Assembly: GCA_041659405.1 (NCBI GenBank)
Contig: JBAZYK010000016.1
Span: forward strand, 1 to 16,902
Direction: 5' to 3'
Source: Candidatus Altimarinota bacterium
GTDB taxonomy: Bacteria > Patescibacteriota > Gracilibacteria > UBA1369
Length of the DNA: 16,902 nt
A program made the translations under genes and the position numbers. Of the stretch, positions 8,273 to 15,330 are shown piece by piece. The stretch's first letter is position 1. The number at the start of each line of letters is the position of its first letter. Under the pieces are notes generated by a model. It ran no database searches, was not told where the DNA came from, and saw only the letters and a program-made list of their open reading frames with translations.

Positions 8273-8572
8273 CCCGATTGGGCTCGAACCAATGACCTAC
8301 CGGTTACACTTATCCTTATGTTTCCATAAAGCGTGGACTATATCTTCACCATGTCGCCAAAGGGTTGGAATGACGATTTTAGGTGCGTTGGTATCTAGTC
8401 TCTACGGCGCTCCTCGCACTGTGCGAGGTTCCCACGGTATTGGCATGTTCGCTTGCGCGAATTTAGCTTTCACCGTTATCCCAACGAGTTTCAATCTGGC
8501 TTTAACCAGAAAGCTGCGTGTAATTTTTTAGTGTGTTCACAGCCGGTTGCTCTACCACTGAGCTACAGGGGA
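8266..8572 (-). tRNA. tRNA-Asn(GUU), CCA-encoded, interrupted by a group I intron
   Basis: Exons 8572-8539 and 8306-8266 join to TCCCCTGTAGCTCAGTGGTAGAGCAACCGGCTGTTAACCGGTAGGTCATTGGTTCGAGCCCAATCGGGGGAGCCA. This gives a full cloverleaf: acceptor TCCCCTG/CGGGGGA, D-stem GCTC/GAGC, anticodon stem ACCGG/CCGGT, 7-nt loop CTGTTAA with anticodon GTT, T-stem ATTGG/CCAAT. Confidence 0.96.
8307..8538 (-). ncRNA. Group I self-splicing intron, 232 nt, inserted between tRNA positions 35 and 36, no homing endonuclease ORF
   Basis: 5' exon ends in U. GCUGU pairs with internal guide GCAGC (8513-8517) with a terminal U.G. P3 CGUUGG (8481-8486)/CCAACG (8386-8391), hairpin UUCGC-GCAA-GCGAA, R-like GUAGAGACUAGAU, S-like AAGAUAUAGUCC, P7 GACUA (8396-8400)/UAGUC (8336-8340), terminal omega-G at 8307. 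Confidence 0.95.
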
Positions 8573-8683
8573 ATGCCTGATTTTCAATAGCTTTCATGTG
8601 TCGCGAAAGCGTGTATTTTAAAAGCTTCTTTTTGGGAAGCACGAGCTACTATAGCTAAGCCGAAAAGTTTTTTCAATGCGAAT

Positions 8684-10012
8684 TTATTTTTTGACCAATT
8701 TCCAGATTTCGCGGCCGACGATTTGGTCGGGGCGGTCGTAAACCAGGGTTGGGCGCTGGAACATGCGTAATCCTTCTCTTTGGGCCAGTTGATCAGGAAT
8801 CAGCGGTTCCGTGTCATAGCCAAGGCGTGGGATTATTTCAGACAGGCCTTCAATAAAATGGAATTTCTGGTGATCACGATAAACCGGCACACTGATCACA
8901 ATTGGCGTTCCTGGTTTGATGATTTTGCCGACTGCCTTCAAAAAGCCAAAAATAAGGGCCTTAATATTGTCGAAGGTTTTTTCTACATTCTCGGGGATTG
9001 GCATCTTGCTCACCGGCGGGCCCAGATAAGACTCGGTAACAATGGCGTCGATTTTTGCGGGAAGGTCTCTGGCGATTAGTTGTGTTGCGTCTTGAACGAA
9101 AAGGCTGGCAGAAGGGAATTGTGCGCGGTTTGGTCCACTTTGCAGCTGTTTAACGTATTCAATATTAGTTTGCGATTTTTCGATGACGACAGGTTCAATA
9201 TCGGAACCGATGACATTAAAACCCATATTAAGGGCTTCGGTCAGCACTGTTCCAATTCCGCAGAAGGGATCGTAGATGGTTTTTGGCGGGGTCTGGTTTT
9301 GAGATGGATCAGAGCTAACTCCACTTAAATTCAGCATGATCTGGCACAATTTTGGTGGCAACATTCCAAGTCTGGGGTCGCGCGCGGGACGGTCGTAATC
9401 GCGCTTGCTGTAGCCTTCAAAATCTTGGAGTGCTTTGGTTTCGGCAAGGTAAAATTGGGTGCGGCCTTCAATTACTACAAGTTCAACGCCTTCCTGCAGG
9501 ATTTTTTCTCCTTTAAGAGCGGCGTTTTCGGGATTGGTGAAGTTTTTGTTGATGAAACGGCTTTTAAAGCCAGCATCAACCAATTGGATTTTAACTTTTT
9601 TTAATGTTCTCCTTAAGAATTGGTCATGTCTTTGCTTTAGATTGTAGGCACTTATTCCATAAATTATTTTCGATGTAACACCTTCAAACTTTTCCTGAAT
9701 ATGGTTGGCTAAAGCATGAGCGATAGTGTCCTTTTGAGAAGAGGGGATTTCCTCAAAGATTTCGGCAATTTTAATGGTCCCGCCCAGGCGGTTTAGGATT
9801 GCCTGAAAATCGAAAGGGGATTCGGAAGGGGATGCCGAAGGAGTGGCGGAAGGGGCAGAATCGGCTTTCGCTTCCGTTGAAAATTTCGGATCTAACTTGG
9901 CAATCAGCGCCTCGTTATTCGTCTCTAAAATATTTTCCTCTTTTAGAAATTGAGCGAGTTCCGCGATTGAGAGCAGATGTTTTCGGCCTAAGATAAAAGC
10001 GTATTTATTCAT
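8684..10012 (-). CDS. TRM11/THUMP-like RNA (tRNA guanine-N2) methyltransferase-like protein
   Basis: 442 aa. RDPRLGMLPPKLCQIMLNL, SAM motif YDPFCGIGTVLTEALNMGFNVIGSDIEP, catalytic region DAIVTESYLGPP, then VKKIIKPG-type end region. Confidence 0.82.
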   Translation of the reverse strand: MNKYAFILGRKHLLSIAELAQFLKEENILETNNEALIAKLDPKFSTEAKADSAPSATPSASPSESPFDFQAILNRLGGTIKIAEIFEEIPSSQKDTIAHALANHIQEKFEGVTSKIIYGISAYNLKQRHDQFLRRTLKKVKIQLVDAGFKSRFINKNFTNPENAALKGEKILQEGVELVVIEGRTQFYLAETKALQDFEGYSKRDYDRPARDPRLGMLPPKLCQIMLNLSGVSSDPSQNQTPPKTIYDPFCGIGTVLTEALNMGFNVIGSDIEPVVIEKSQTNIEYVKQLQSGPNRAQFPSASLFVQDATQLIARDLPAKIDAIVTESYLGPPVSKMPIPENVEKTFDNIKALIFGFLKAVGKIIKPGTPIVISVPVYRDHQKFHFIEGLSEIIPRLGYDTEPLIPDQLAQREGLRMFQRPTLVYDRPDQIVGREIWKLVKK

Positions 10013-10046
10013 GAGCTATATCATTACACTTTTTATTTAAAAAGCA

Positions 10047-10283
10047 ATGCAGAATACTAATTTCACAAATTTGCAAAATGGCGGTCAGCAGCATGGGGTT
10101 TCGCATCTTTTGCCGCGTCCGGTTGGGGCAAAAACCTTTTGGCTTTGGCTTTTGATGGTCGTTATTTCAGTAATGATTGCCTTTGGTTTTGGCTATTTCT
10201 TTGGGCGATATGAGCAGATCCAGATCAATAAATCTCTGCTAAAAATCATTCCTGATATTAATTGCGGAGTGCGTCAACCTTAA
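10047..10283 (+). CDS. Small single-pass membrane protein
   Basis: 78 aa with a TM segment TFWLWLLMVVISVMIAFGFGYFFGRYEQ. No family recognised. Confidence 0.5.
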   Translation: MQNTNFTNLQNGGQQHGVSHLLPRPVGAKTFWLWLLMVVISVMIAFGFGYFFGRYEQIQINKSLLKIIPDINCGVRQP

Positions 10284-10359
10284 GTATGACCATGAGCTTG
10301 TTTTAAAAATGGCGTCTTTATATAGTGGCCCTGATTTTTAATTTTTAATTCGATAAACT

Positions 10360-10860
10360 ATGGCAATGTCATTAAATCGGGCTCAGTTGATTGGAAATTT
10401 GACGCGTGATCCTGAACTTCGTCAAATTCCCGGTGGTCAAACTGTTGCGACTTTTTCGATCGCGACAAATTTTAGCTGGACTGATTCAAGTGGTCAAAAA
10501 CAGGATAAAACAGAGTTTCACAATATTACAGCATGGAGAAAATTGGCTGAAATCGTTGGTCAATTTATGAAAAAGGGGAGCAAGGTTTATGTAGAAGGCC
10601 GCATCCAGACTCGTGATTGGGAAGGTGAAGATGGCGTAAAGCGTTATCGTACAGAAATTGTTGCCGACAACGTAATCATGCTTGATCGTAAAGGTGCCGG
10701 TACAGGTGAAGGCGGCGAAGCTCCAGCTTTTAGTGGCGGTTTCCGTAAATCCGGATCAGTAAAATCAGCAGAACCTCAGGCTAATTCCGAAGTTTCCGAG
10801 GTTTCCGAATCTCAGGCTGCTCCTGCGGAAGAAGTTGCAATCGACGATTTGCCATTCTAA
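10360..10860 (+). CDS. ssb: Single-stranded DNA-binding protein
   Basis: LNRAQLIGNLTRDPELRQIPGGQTVATFSIATN...FHNITAWRKLAEIVGQFMKKGSKVYVEGRIQTRDW plus acidic C-terminal tip AIDDLPF. The start may be the internal Met at 10366. Confidence 0.98.
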   Translation: MAMSLNRAQLIGNLTRDPELRQIPGGQTVATFSIATNFSWTDSSGQKQDKTEFHNITAWRKLAEIVGQFMKKGSKVYVEGRIQTRDWEGEDGVKRYRTEIVADNVIMLDRKGAGTGEGGEAPAFSGGFRKSGSVKSAEPQANSEVSEVSESQAAPAEEVAIDDLPF

Positions 10861-10940
10861 CCTCAACCTCAAAGGTTGCCCGCAGTTGTGCGCGCGCACA
10901 GATCAATTTTGAACTGTGTCCCTAAATCCACATAGAAAAA

Positions 10941-10971
10941 GAGCGTCACCTTAAGTTTAAAGATGACGCTC
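10941..10971 (-). terminator. Rho-independent terminator for the minus-strand transcript
   Basis: GAGCGTCA (10941-10948)/TGACGCTC (10964-10971), followed on the minus strand by TTTTTC. Confidence 0.75.
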
Positions 10972-11437
10972 TCTGTCTCCCTGATCTCACCTTACTTGCA
11001 TAAAGTAGACCAGAAAGTCTTGTAACAGGAGCCCGACATGTTTCCTGGTACCGCCTTTCGGTGTGCCGAAAAGCTTTCTCCCTACCATTCTTTGGTGTTT
11101 TATTTTGTGACGATTTTCACCATCGTCTTTTTTGTATTTTTGTGTTTTTGATTTTCTCCCGGCAATTAAGCGAGAAGAAGATTTGTTTTTGGTAAGTTTG
11201 TTTTTGATTTTTACCTTCCGGCGGTGAATCGATTTGAATCGCCTACAGGAGGCTACTTTTTGGTGAGACATTAGTCGGATGTCTGCATCGAAAAGTAGGG
11301 AGAAGAAGGTTCTGAGAGTCCGTGCGGTCAACTGTGCTGCGTGTTAAGTGTTGCTGCGAAAGATTGCGCACTTTATTTTCAGCCACTTCTTTTCGCTACT
11401 TTTGCGATGACTTTCTAGTTTTTAAGGATCGGGAAAT
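10941..11437 (-). ncRNA. Candidate structured non-coding RNA, family unknown (alternatively a Lys/Arg-rich ORF at 10987-11331)
   Basis: Promoter and terminator bracket it. Many local stems: AGACAT/ATGTCT (11266-11284), GCCT/AGGC (11241-11253), GACGAT/ATCGTC (11109-11127), CCTTTCGG/CCGAAAAG (11054-11073, one G.U when read on the minus strand), CAGGA/TCCTG (11026-11047), TACTT/AAGTA (10993-11007). Confidence 0.55.
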
Positions 11438-11443
11438 CTTTAA

Positions 11444-11472
11444 ATTATAACATTTTTTCATAGGTTTTACAA
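11444..11472 (-). promoter_or_regulatory. Sigma70-like promoter, minus strand
   Basis: On the minus strand: TTGTAA, 17-nt spacer, TATAAT. Confidence 0.75.
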
Positions 11473-11669
11473 TCCACATAGAGCCAAATTCACAGGAAAA
11501 CGCCCTCACCCCCTTATCTTTTTTGAATATTTTGATAGAATGCGGACGTTCACGCATGAAGTGCCTATTTTTATGAGGCCATGGGCCGAGTGCGAAGCGT
11601 CCGGGTTTCCCGGCGCTGAGCTTATAAACAGTAGTGGAGCGAATTCCATATTTAAAGTCCGTTTAGCTT

Positions 11670-12284
11670 ATGGCAAAGCCAATAAATCCATCTTATAAAG
11701 GCAAACTGGTGCTGATTTCCGGCCCTTCCGGGGTTGGAAAAGGCACGGTGATCAGTGCTCTAAAAAAGCAATATTCGCAGTTTGTTTATCCGATTTCGGA
11801 AACAACCCGTCAGATTCGTCCAGGTGAAAAGGATGGCGAGGTTTACCATTTTATAAGCAAGGAAGCTTTTCTGCAGGCCAAAGCCGCCGGTGACTTTTTA
11901 GAGGTGGCAACGGTTCATCAGGATAATTATTATGGAACGCTCAAAAAACCAATTATGGATGCGCTGGAAGCCGGTCGTGTGGTAGTGCGTGAGGTTGATA
12001 TGCAGGGGTTTTTGTCGATTAAAGCCGTTATTCCTGCGGAAAATTTAGTGTCGATTTTTTTGGAGGCCGAGAATATGGAGGAGCTTCAGAAAAGAATTGC
12101 CCACAGAGGCCAATTACCCGCAGAGGAACTGGCGCGCCGCATGGAAAGTGCCAGCAAGGAGCTGGCGATTGCGCACATGTATGATTACCGCGCAAAAAGC
12201 CTGGAAAACCAGATTGATCGTTGCGTGGCCGACGTCGAAAAGATAATTTTGGACGAGGCTGAAAAAGGTGGGTTGCGGATTTAG
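11670..12284 (+). CDS. gmk: Guanylate kinase
   Basis: GKLVLISGPSGVGKGTVISAL (P-loop), SETTRQIRPGEKDGEVYHFISKEAF, VREVDMQG, and C-terminal FLEAENMEELQKRIAHRG. Confidence 0.97.
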   Translation: MAKPINPSYKGKLVLISGPSGVGKGTVISALKKQYSQFVYPISETTRQIRPGEKDGEVYHFISKEAFLQAKAAGDFLEVATVHQDNYYGTLKKPIMDALEAGRVVVREVDMQGFLSIKAVIPAENLVSIFLEAENMEELQKRIAHRGQLPAEELARRMESASKELAIAHMYDYRAKSLENQIDRCVADVEKIILDEAEKGGLRI

Positions 12285-12310
12285 GGGGTGGAGGTACAGA
12301 AGCGGAAGGC

Positions 12311-13033
12311 TCAGGGGATTTGCTGAATCAATTGTAATACTTCCGGACGTTGGTCTTTGGTTTGCATGATTGCTTGCTGTGAGACTCTGTCATTTCTCTT
12401 TAAAAGTTCATTCCATGCTTGGAGTGAAAGTTTGCCATCTTCGGCAAGAATTCCAACTATATGAGCATCTTGATCAAACGGGTCCAGGGTATAATCTTTC
12501 ACAAGTTTTACTTGTAATTCAGGGCTAAAATTCGGGTTCCAACTGCGAATTGCACGAACAGTGCCTTCTCCTGCTAATAAGCCTCCTAAAGCTAGATCTT
12601 CATTTTTGAATTTATAGGCAAGGTCGCCATCGTGTGTATTTGTTAATATGGCTTGAAGGCGTTCTTTGCCGGTTCCACCAACGAAATATAAACTTGCAGT
12701 ATCAGGAATAGCTCTTTTTATGGCGCAACGGACTTTTGCCAAGACTCTTACTCTGATATCGACTACTTCTTTGCCAAACGCTAGTGGATAGGTTTTTTCT
12801 CGATGTTGATCTCTGTCTCCTTCGTTCCACTCTGTTTTCCATTCACAATCAACACTTGCCCCACTAATGGCTTCTCCCATCAGAGCCGCTCTAACATCAG
12901 CTAAAGTGTCGTCTTGATAGACTTCTAATGTGAGGTCGCTAAGGGATTGTCCAAAAGCTTCATCATTAATAATCTTATCAACCAATTCTTTGTCATCAAA
13001 ATTCAATATTTGTTCAGGGGGAAATTTACTCAT
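12311..13033 (-). CDS. Hypothetical protein
   Basis: The track ORF starts at 13201, but the natural start is MSKFPPEQILNF at 13033. Its last two-thirds have short alpha-helical spaced repeats; no family recognised. Confidence 0.6.
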   Translation of the reverse strand: MSKFPPEQILNFDDKELVDKIINDEAFGQSLSDLTLEVYQDDTLADVRAALMGEAISGASVDCEWKTEWNEGDRDQHREKTYPLAFGKEVVDIRVRVLAKVRCAIKRAIPDTASLYFVGGTGKERLQAILTNTHDGDLAYKFKNEDLALGGLLAGEGTVRAIRSWNPNFSPELQVKLVKDYTLDPFDQDAHIVGILAEDGKLSLQAWNELLKRNDRVSQQAIMQTKDQRPEVLQLIQQIP

Positions 13034-13199
13034 ATGTACTTTGTTAAAGGAGGGGTGATCGTAACAAAAACGTAATGCAAATGCAAAAAGATATGCGAGT
13101 GGACTTGATGAAACAGCTTTCTTTGGGTAAGATCGTTTTGCTCGACTGCAAATTCGAGCACAAAATGAAAATTGACATACTGTCCAGAAAATTGTTCTC

Positions 13200-13219
13200 A
13201 AGTGTGCACGTGCACACTT
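13200..13219. promoter_or_regulatory. Perfect 20-bp palindrome, possible operator
   Basis: AAGTGTGCAC|GTGCACACTT, downstream of TTGACA at 13172-13177 and upstream of tRNA-Gln. Confidence 0.4.
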
Positions 13220-13271
13220 TTACAGTCGAAAAATGGCTTACAGCAATGATTGTGGTATCATGATCGTGCGT

Positions 13272-13345
13272 TGGGGATTCGCCAAGTGGTAAGGCACCGC
13301 CCTCTGGAGGCGGCATCGGGGGTTCGAATCCCTCATCCCCAGCCA
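13272..13345 (+). tRNA. tRNA-Gln(CUG), CCA-encoded
   Basis: TGGGGATTCGCCAAGTGGTAAGGCACCGCCCTCTGGAGGCGGCATCGGGGGTTCGAATCCCTCATCCCCAGCCA. Acceptor TGGGGAT/ATCCCCA, anticodon loop CTCTGGA. Confidence 0.97.
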
Positions 13346-13374
13346 GAACGTACACCAAAATCGCGAAATTCCTT
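13341..13374. repeat. Repeat A: tRNA-Gln 3' end plus flank; degenerate copy at 16398-16431
   Basis: agccagaacgtacaccaaaatcgcgaaattcctt versus agccaacaggtataccaaaattgcgaaattcctt: 29/34 identical. Confidence 0.75.
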
Positions 13375-13458
13375 CCTCCCTATGGATAGGAAAAAACAAA
13401 AGTCAGTGTTTGACATTAACGTCGATGGATTAATAAATTAATGTAATGCTTTAGATTT

Positions 13459-14853
13459 ATGAACAAAATTATTCTACAGAAATTGAACAAAAAAAGACTT
13501 TTAGGGCTAGCTATCTTGGTAGGCTTGTTGATATTGGTGGCGGTTATATCGCTTACATATTCCAAAAAAGATACAACTAATACAACGATAGTTTGGAAAC
13601 AATCCAATACGGGATTAACTACCCTTTCCGTAAATACGATTGCCGCTGACACAAACAATCAATCGATTCTGTATGCCGGAACAGATACAGGAATTTTTAA
13701 GAGTATAGATAAAGGTGAAAGTTGGACTGCTATGAATAATGGTTTTGGTAATCCGACTCCTGATATCCAAAAAATACTCCTCGCCACCACCAATATTAAA
13801 GCGGTTTTCGCTTTGAGTACGGCAGGCGACTTGTTTGAGACGCTGGACGGAGGAAACAATTGGAGTTTGCGCGGAATAAGGATAAAAGATTTCGCGTTAA
13901 AACTACACTCTTCAGAATCACCATTTGAAAAAATTTATATTCTTTTAGATGATTATGCAGATCTAACAAGGGAAATAGGTAGCCCTATAATTTATTCTAT
14001 AAGTACAGGAATTGGATTTTTAAATAAGCCTTCAGAAAAAACTCGAACAGAAATTAACTCATTCTATGAAGATCTTTATAAAAATCAAGACGAAATTAAT
14101 AAACGCAACGGAGGAGAAAGCAAAATTATAAGTAAATTTATTGTAGACACCGGTTCGCGAGAAGATACTGTTAATGCCACAAAGATAGATTTTCTAAAAG
14201 AGAAAGAAGAAATTCTTGCTCTTTTGCCACAGAATTCTGATTTTACATGGCTTCAAACAAATAGGACGGTTTATTTCTGCCTTTATAACTTTAAAGGCTG
14301 TGAAGGAGATATTGAGAAAGAAAAAATAAATGCCCATGGCTTTAACCTACGTTATGGAGCAGTAACGTCGTATTCACAAAGCGGCATATCTCACATTTAC
14401 ATTAATCCAGGTAATTTTGTAGGCAGATCCGATAAATTATTAATACTACCATGCTTAGAATTAGGAAGTGGCCAATGGATACTCAATGATTCACTCAGCA
14501 AATTAGGAGTAATACCAACACATATTTTTGTTTATTCTAAAAATAATTATATCAAATCTTCAGAATGTTATGACAAATCAGAGATAAAAAATAAGGTAGG
14601 AAGGGATTACCTTGAGGATGTAATTTTCGCGGTCGCTGATATTGAAATCGCTGATTTTCAAGGATATTATACAAAGCTTTTAATCAGCAAAGATAATGCC
14701 CAAACTTGGAAAGTGTTTGAAGGAAATTTGCCAATTTCAGAAGAATCCATGTTCGTAACTAAAACTGACCTTGGATATAATGTTTATATCACAACGGATG
14801 ATAACGGAATTTTCAAGACATCAATTTCTTCCCAAGAACTTTATTCTAGTTAA
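13459..14853 (+). CDS. Membrane-anchored sortilin/BNR (Ycf48-like) repeat protein
   Basis: N-terminal TM helix (LLGLAILVGLLILVAVISLTY). Repeats TIAADTNNQSILYAGTDTGIFKSIDKGESW, VFALSTAGDLFETLDGGNNW and LLISKDNAQTWKVFEGNLP. Confidence 0.72.
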   Translation: MNKIILQKLNKKRLLGLAILVGLLILVAVISLTYSKKDTTNTTIVWKQSNTGLTTLSVNTIAADTNNQSILYAGTDTGIFKSIDKGESWTAMNNGFGNPTPDIQKILLATTNIKAVFALSTAGDLFETLDGGNNWSLRGIRIKDFALKLHSSESPFEKIYILLDDYADLTREIGSPIIYSISTGIGFLNKPSEKTRTEINSFYEDLYKNQDEINKRNGGESKIISKFIVDTGSREDTVNATKIDFLKEKEEILALLPQNSDFTWLQTNRTVYFCLYNFKGCEGDIEKEKINAHGFNLRYGAVTSYSQSGISHIYINPGNFVGRSDKLLILPCLELGSGQWILNDSLSKLGVIPTHIFVYSKNNYIKSSECYDKSEIKNKVGRDYLEDVIFAVADIEIADFQGYYTKLLISKDNAQTWKVFEGNLPISEESMFVTKTDLGYNVYITTDDNGIFKTSISSQELYSS

Positions 14854-14859
14854 ATCATT

Positions 14860-15249
14860 ATGCCTCTTACCTACAACGAGCAATTAATTACCATTCAATT
14901 GGAAAATGCCATAAAAGAGATGTATGATTTTCTTTTGGCTTTGGGAAGTCCTAATGCAATCAATTTAAACGATGAAAAAATATATGCAGAACATTATGCT
15001 AAAATAGGAAAGTTGAGTATAAAAGTACGTGCAGAAGGGTACAAAGGATATGAGCACAAAAATCCGCATAAAACACTTGGTGAATTTTTGAAGTCCGGTA
15101 AAATCAACGATTTTGTTCTGAAATTTTATTCAAAACCAGTTTTCAAGAGAGAGATCATCAAAAAGCCAATAGCATTGAAGGCGATAGACGGCATAATAAA
15201 ACGAAGTATTAAAATCGTGAGCGTTTTCAAAAAGAGCCAGAACAGGTAA
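14860..15249 (+). CDS. Hypothetical protein, probably co-transcribed with the preceding gene
   Basis: 129-aa ORF starting 6 nt after the upstream stop. No family recognised. Confidence 0.55.
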   Translation: MPLTYNEQLITIQLENAIKEMYDFLLALGSPNAINLNDEKIYAEHYAKIGKLSIKVRAEGYKGYEHKNPHKTLGEFLKSGKINDFVLKFYSKPVFKREIIKKPIALKAIDGIIKRSIKIVSVFKKSQNR

Positions 15250-15252
15250 AAA

Positions 15253-15287
15253 CTGACCAAAAGGTACTAGACCCGACCAGTCAGCCA
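15253..15287. repeat. Repeat C: hairpin-forming, tRNA-3'-like element
   Basis: CTGAC(15253-15257)/GTCAG(15280-15284) outer stem and GGT-ACTAG-ACC inner stem, ending GCCA. The core ggtactagaccc...cagccaa recurs at 16376-16403. Confidence 0.5.
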
Positions 15288-15330
15288 ATACGGGCAGTTT
15301 GATTAGGGTTCTATTATTCTCAGAGCAAGC

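Noticed and set aside
8265-8531. 88-aa ORF overlapping the split tRNA
   Set aside because: It runs antisense through the tRNA 3' exon and the group I intron. The RNA signature explains the sequence fully, and it is not an intron-encoded endonuclease.
10987-11331. Basic 114-aa protein as a ribosomal or nucleoid protein
   Set aside because: Needs a TTG start, is dominated by Lys/Arg from A-rich sequence, and the DNA has many hairpins spread through it. Structured RNA is the better reading, though the protein is not excluded.
13272-13345. Possible intron or anticodon irregularity in the second tRNA
   Set aside because: The sequence folds as a continuous, normal tRNA-Gln(CUG) with no insertion.
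13034-13358. ORFs extending across the region upstream of tRNA-Gln (13044-13358 minus, 13075-13263 plus, and the N-terminal extension of 12311-13201)
   Set aside because: The minus ORF reads through the tRNA gene, the extension precedes a natural MSKFPPEQ start, and the plus ORF has no support beyond length. I left the last as possible but not reportable.
15249-15330. Integron attC site after the 14860-15249 gene
   Set aside because: No RYYYAAC/GTTRRRY core-site pair was found and there is no integrase, so a classical integron cassette is not supported.
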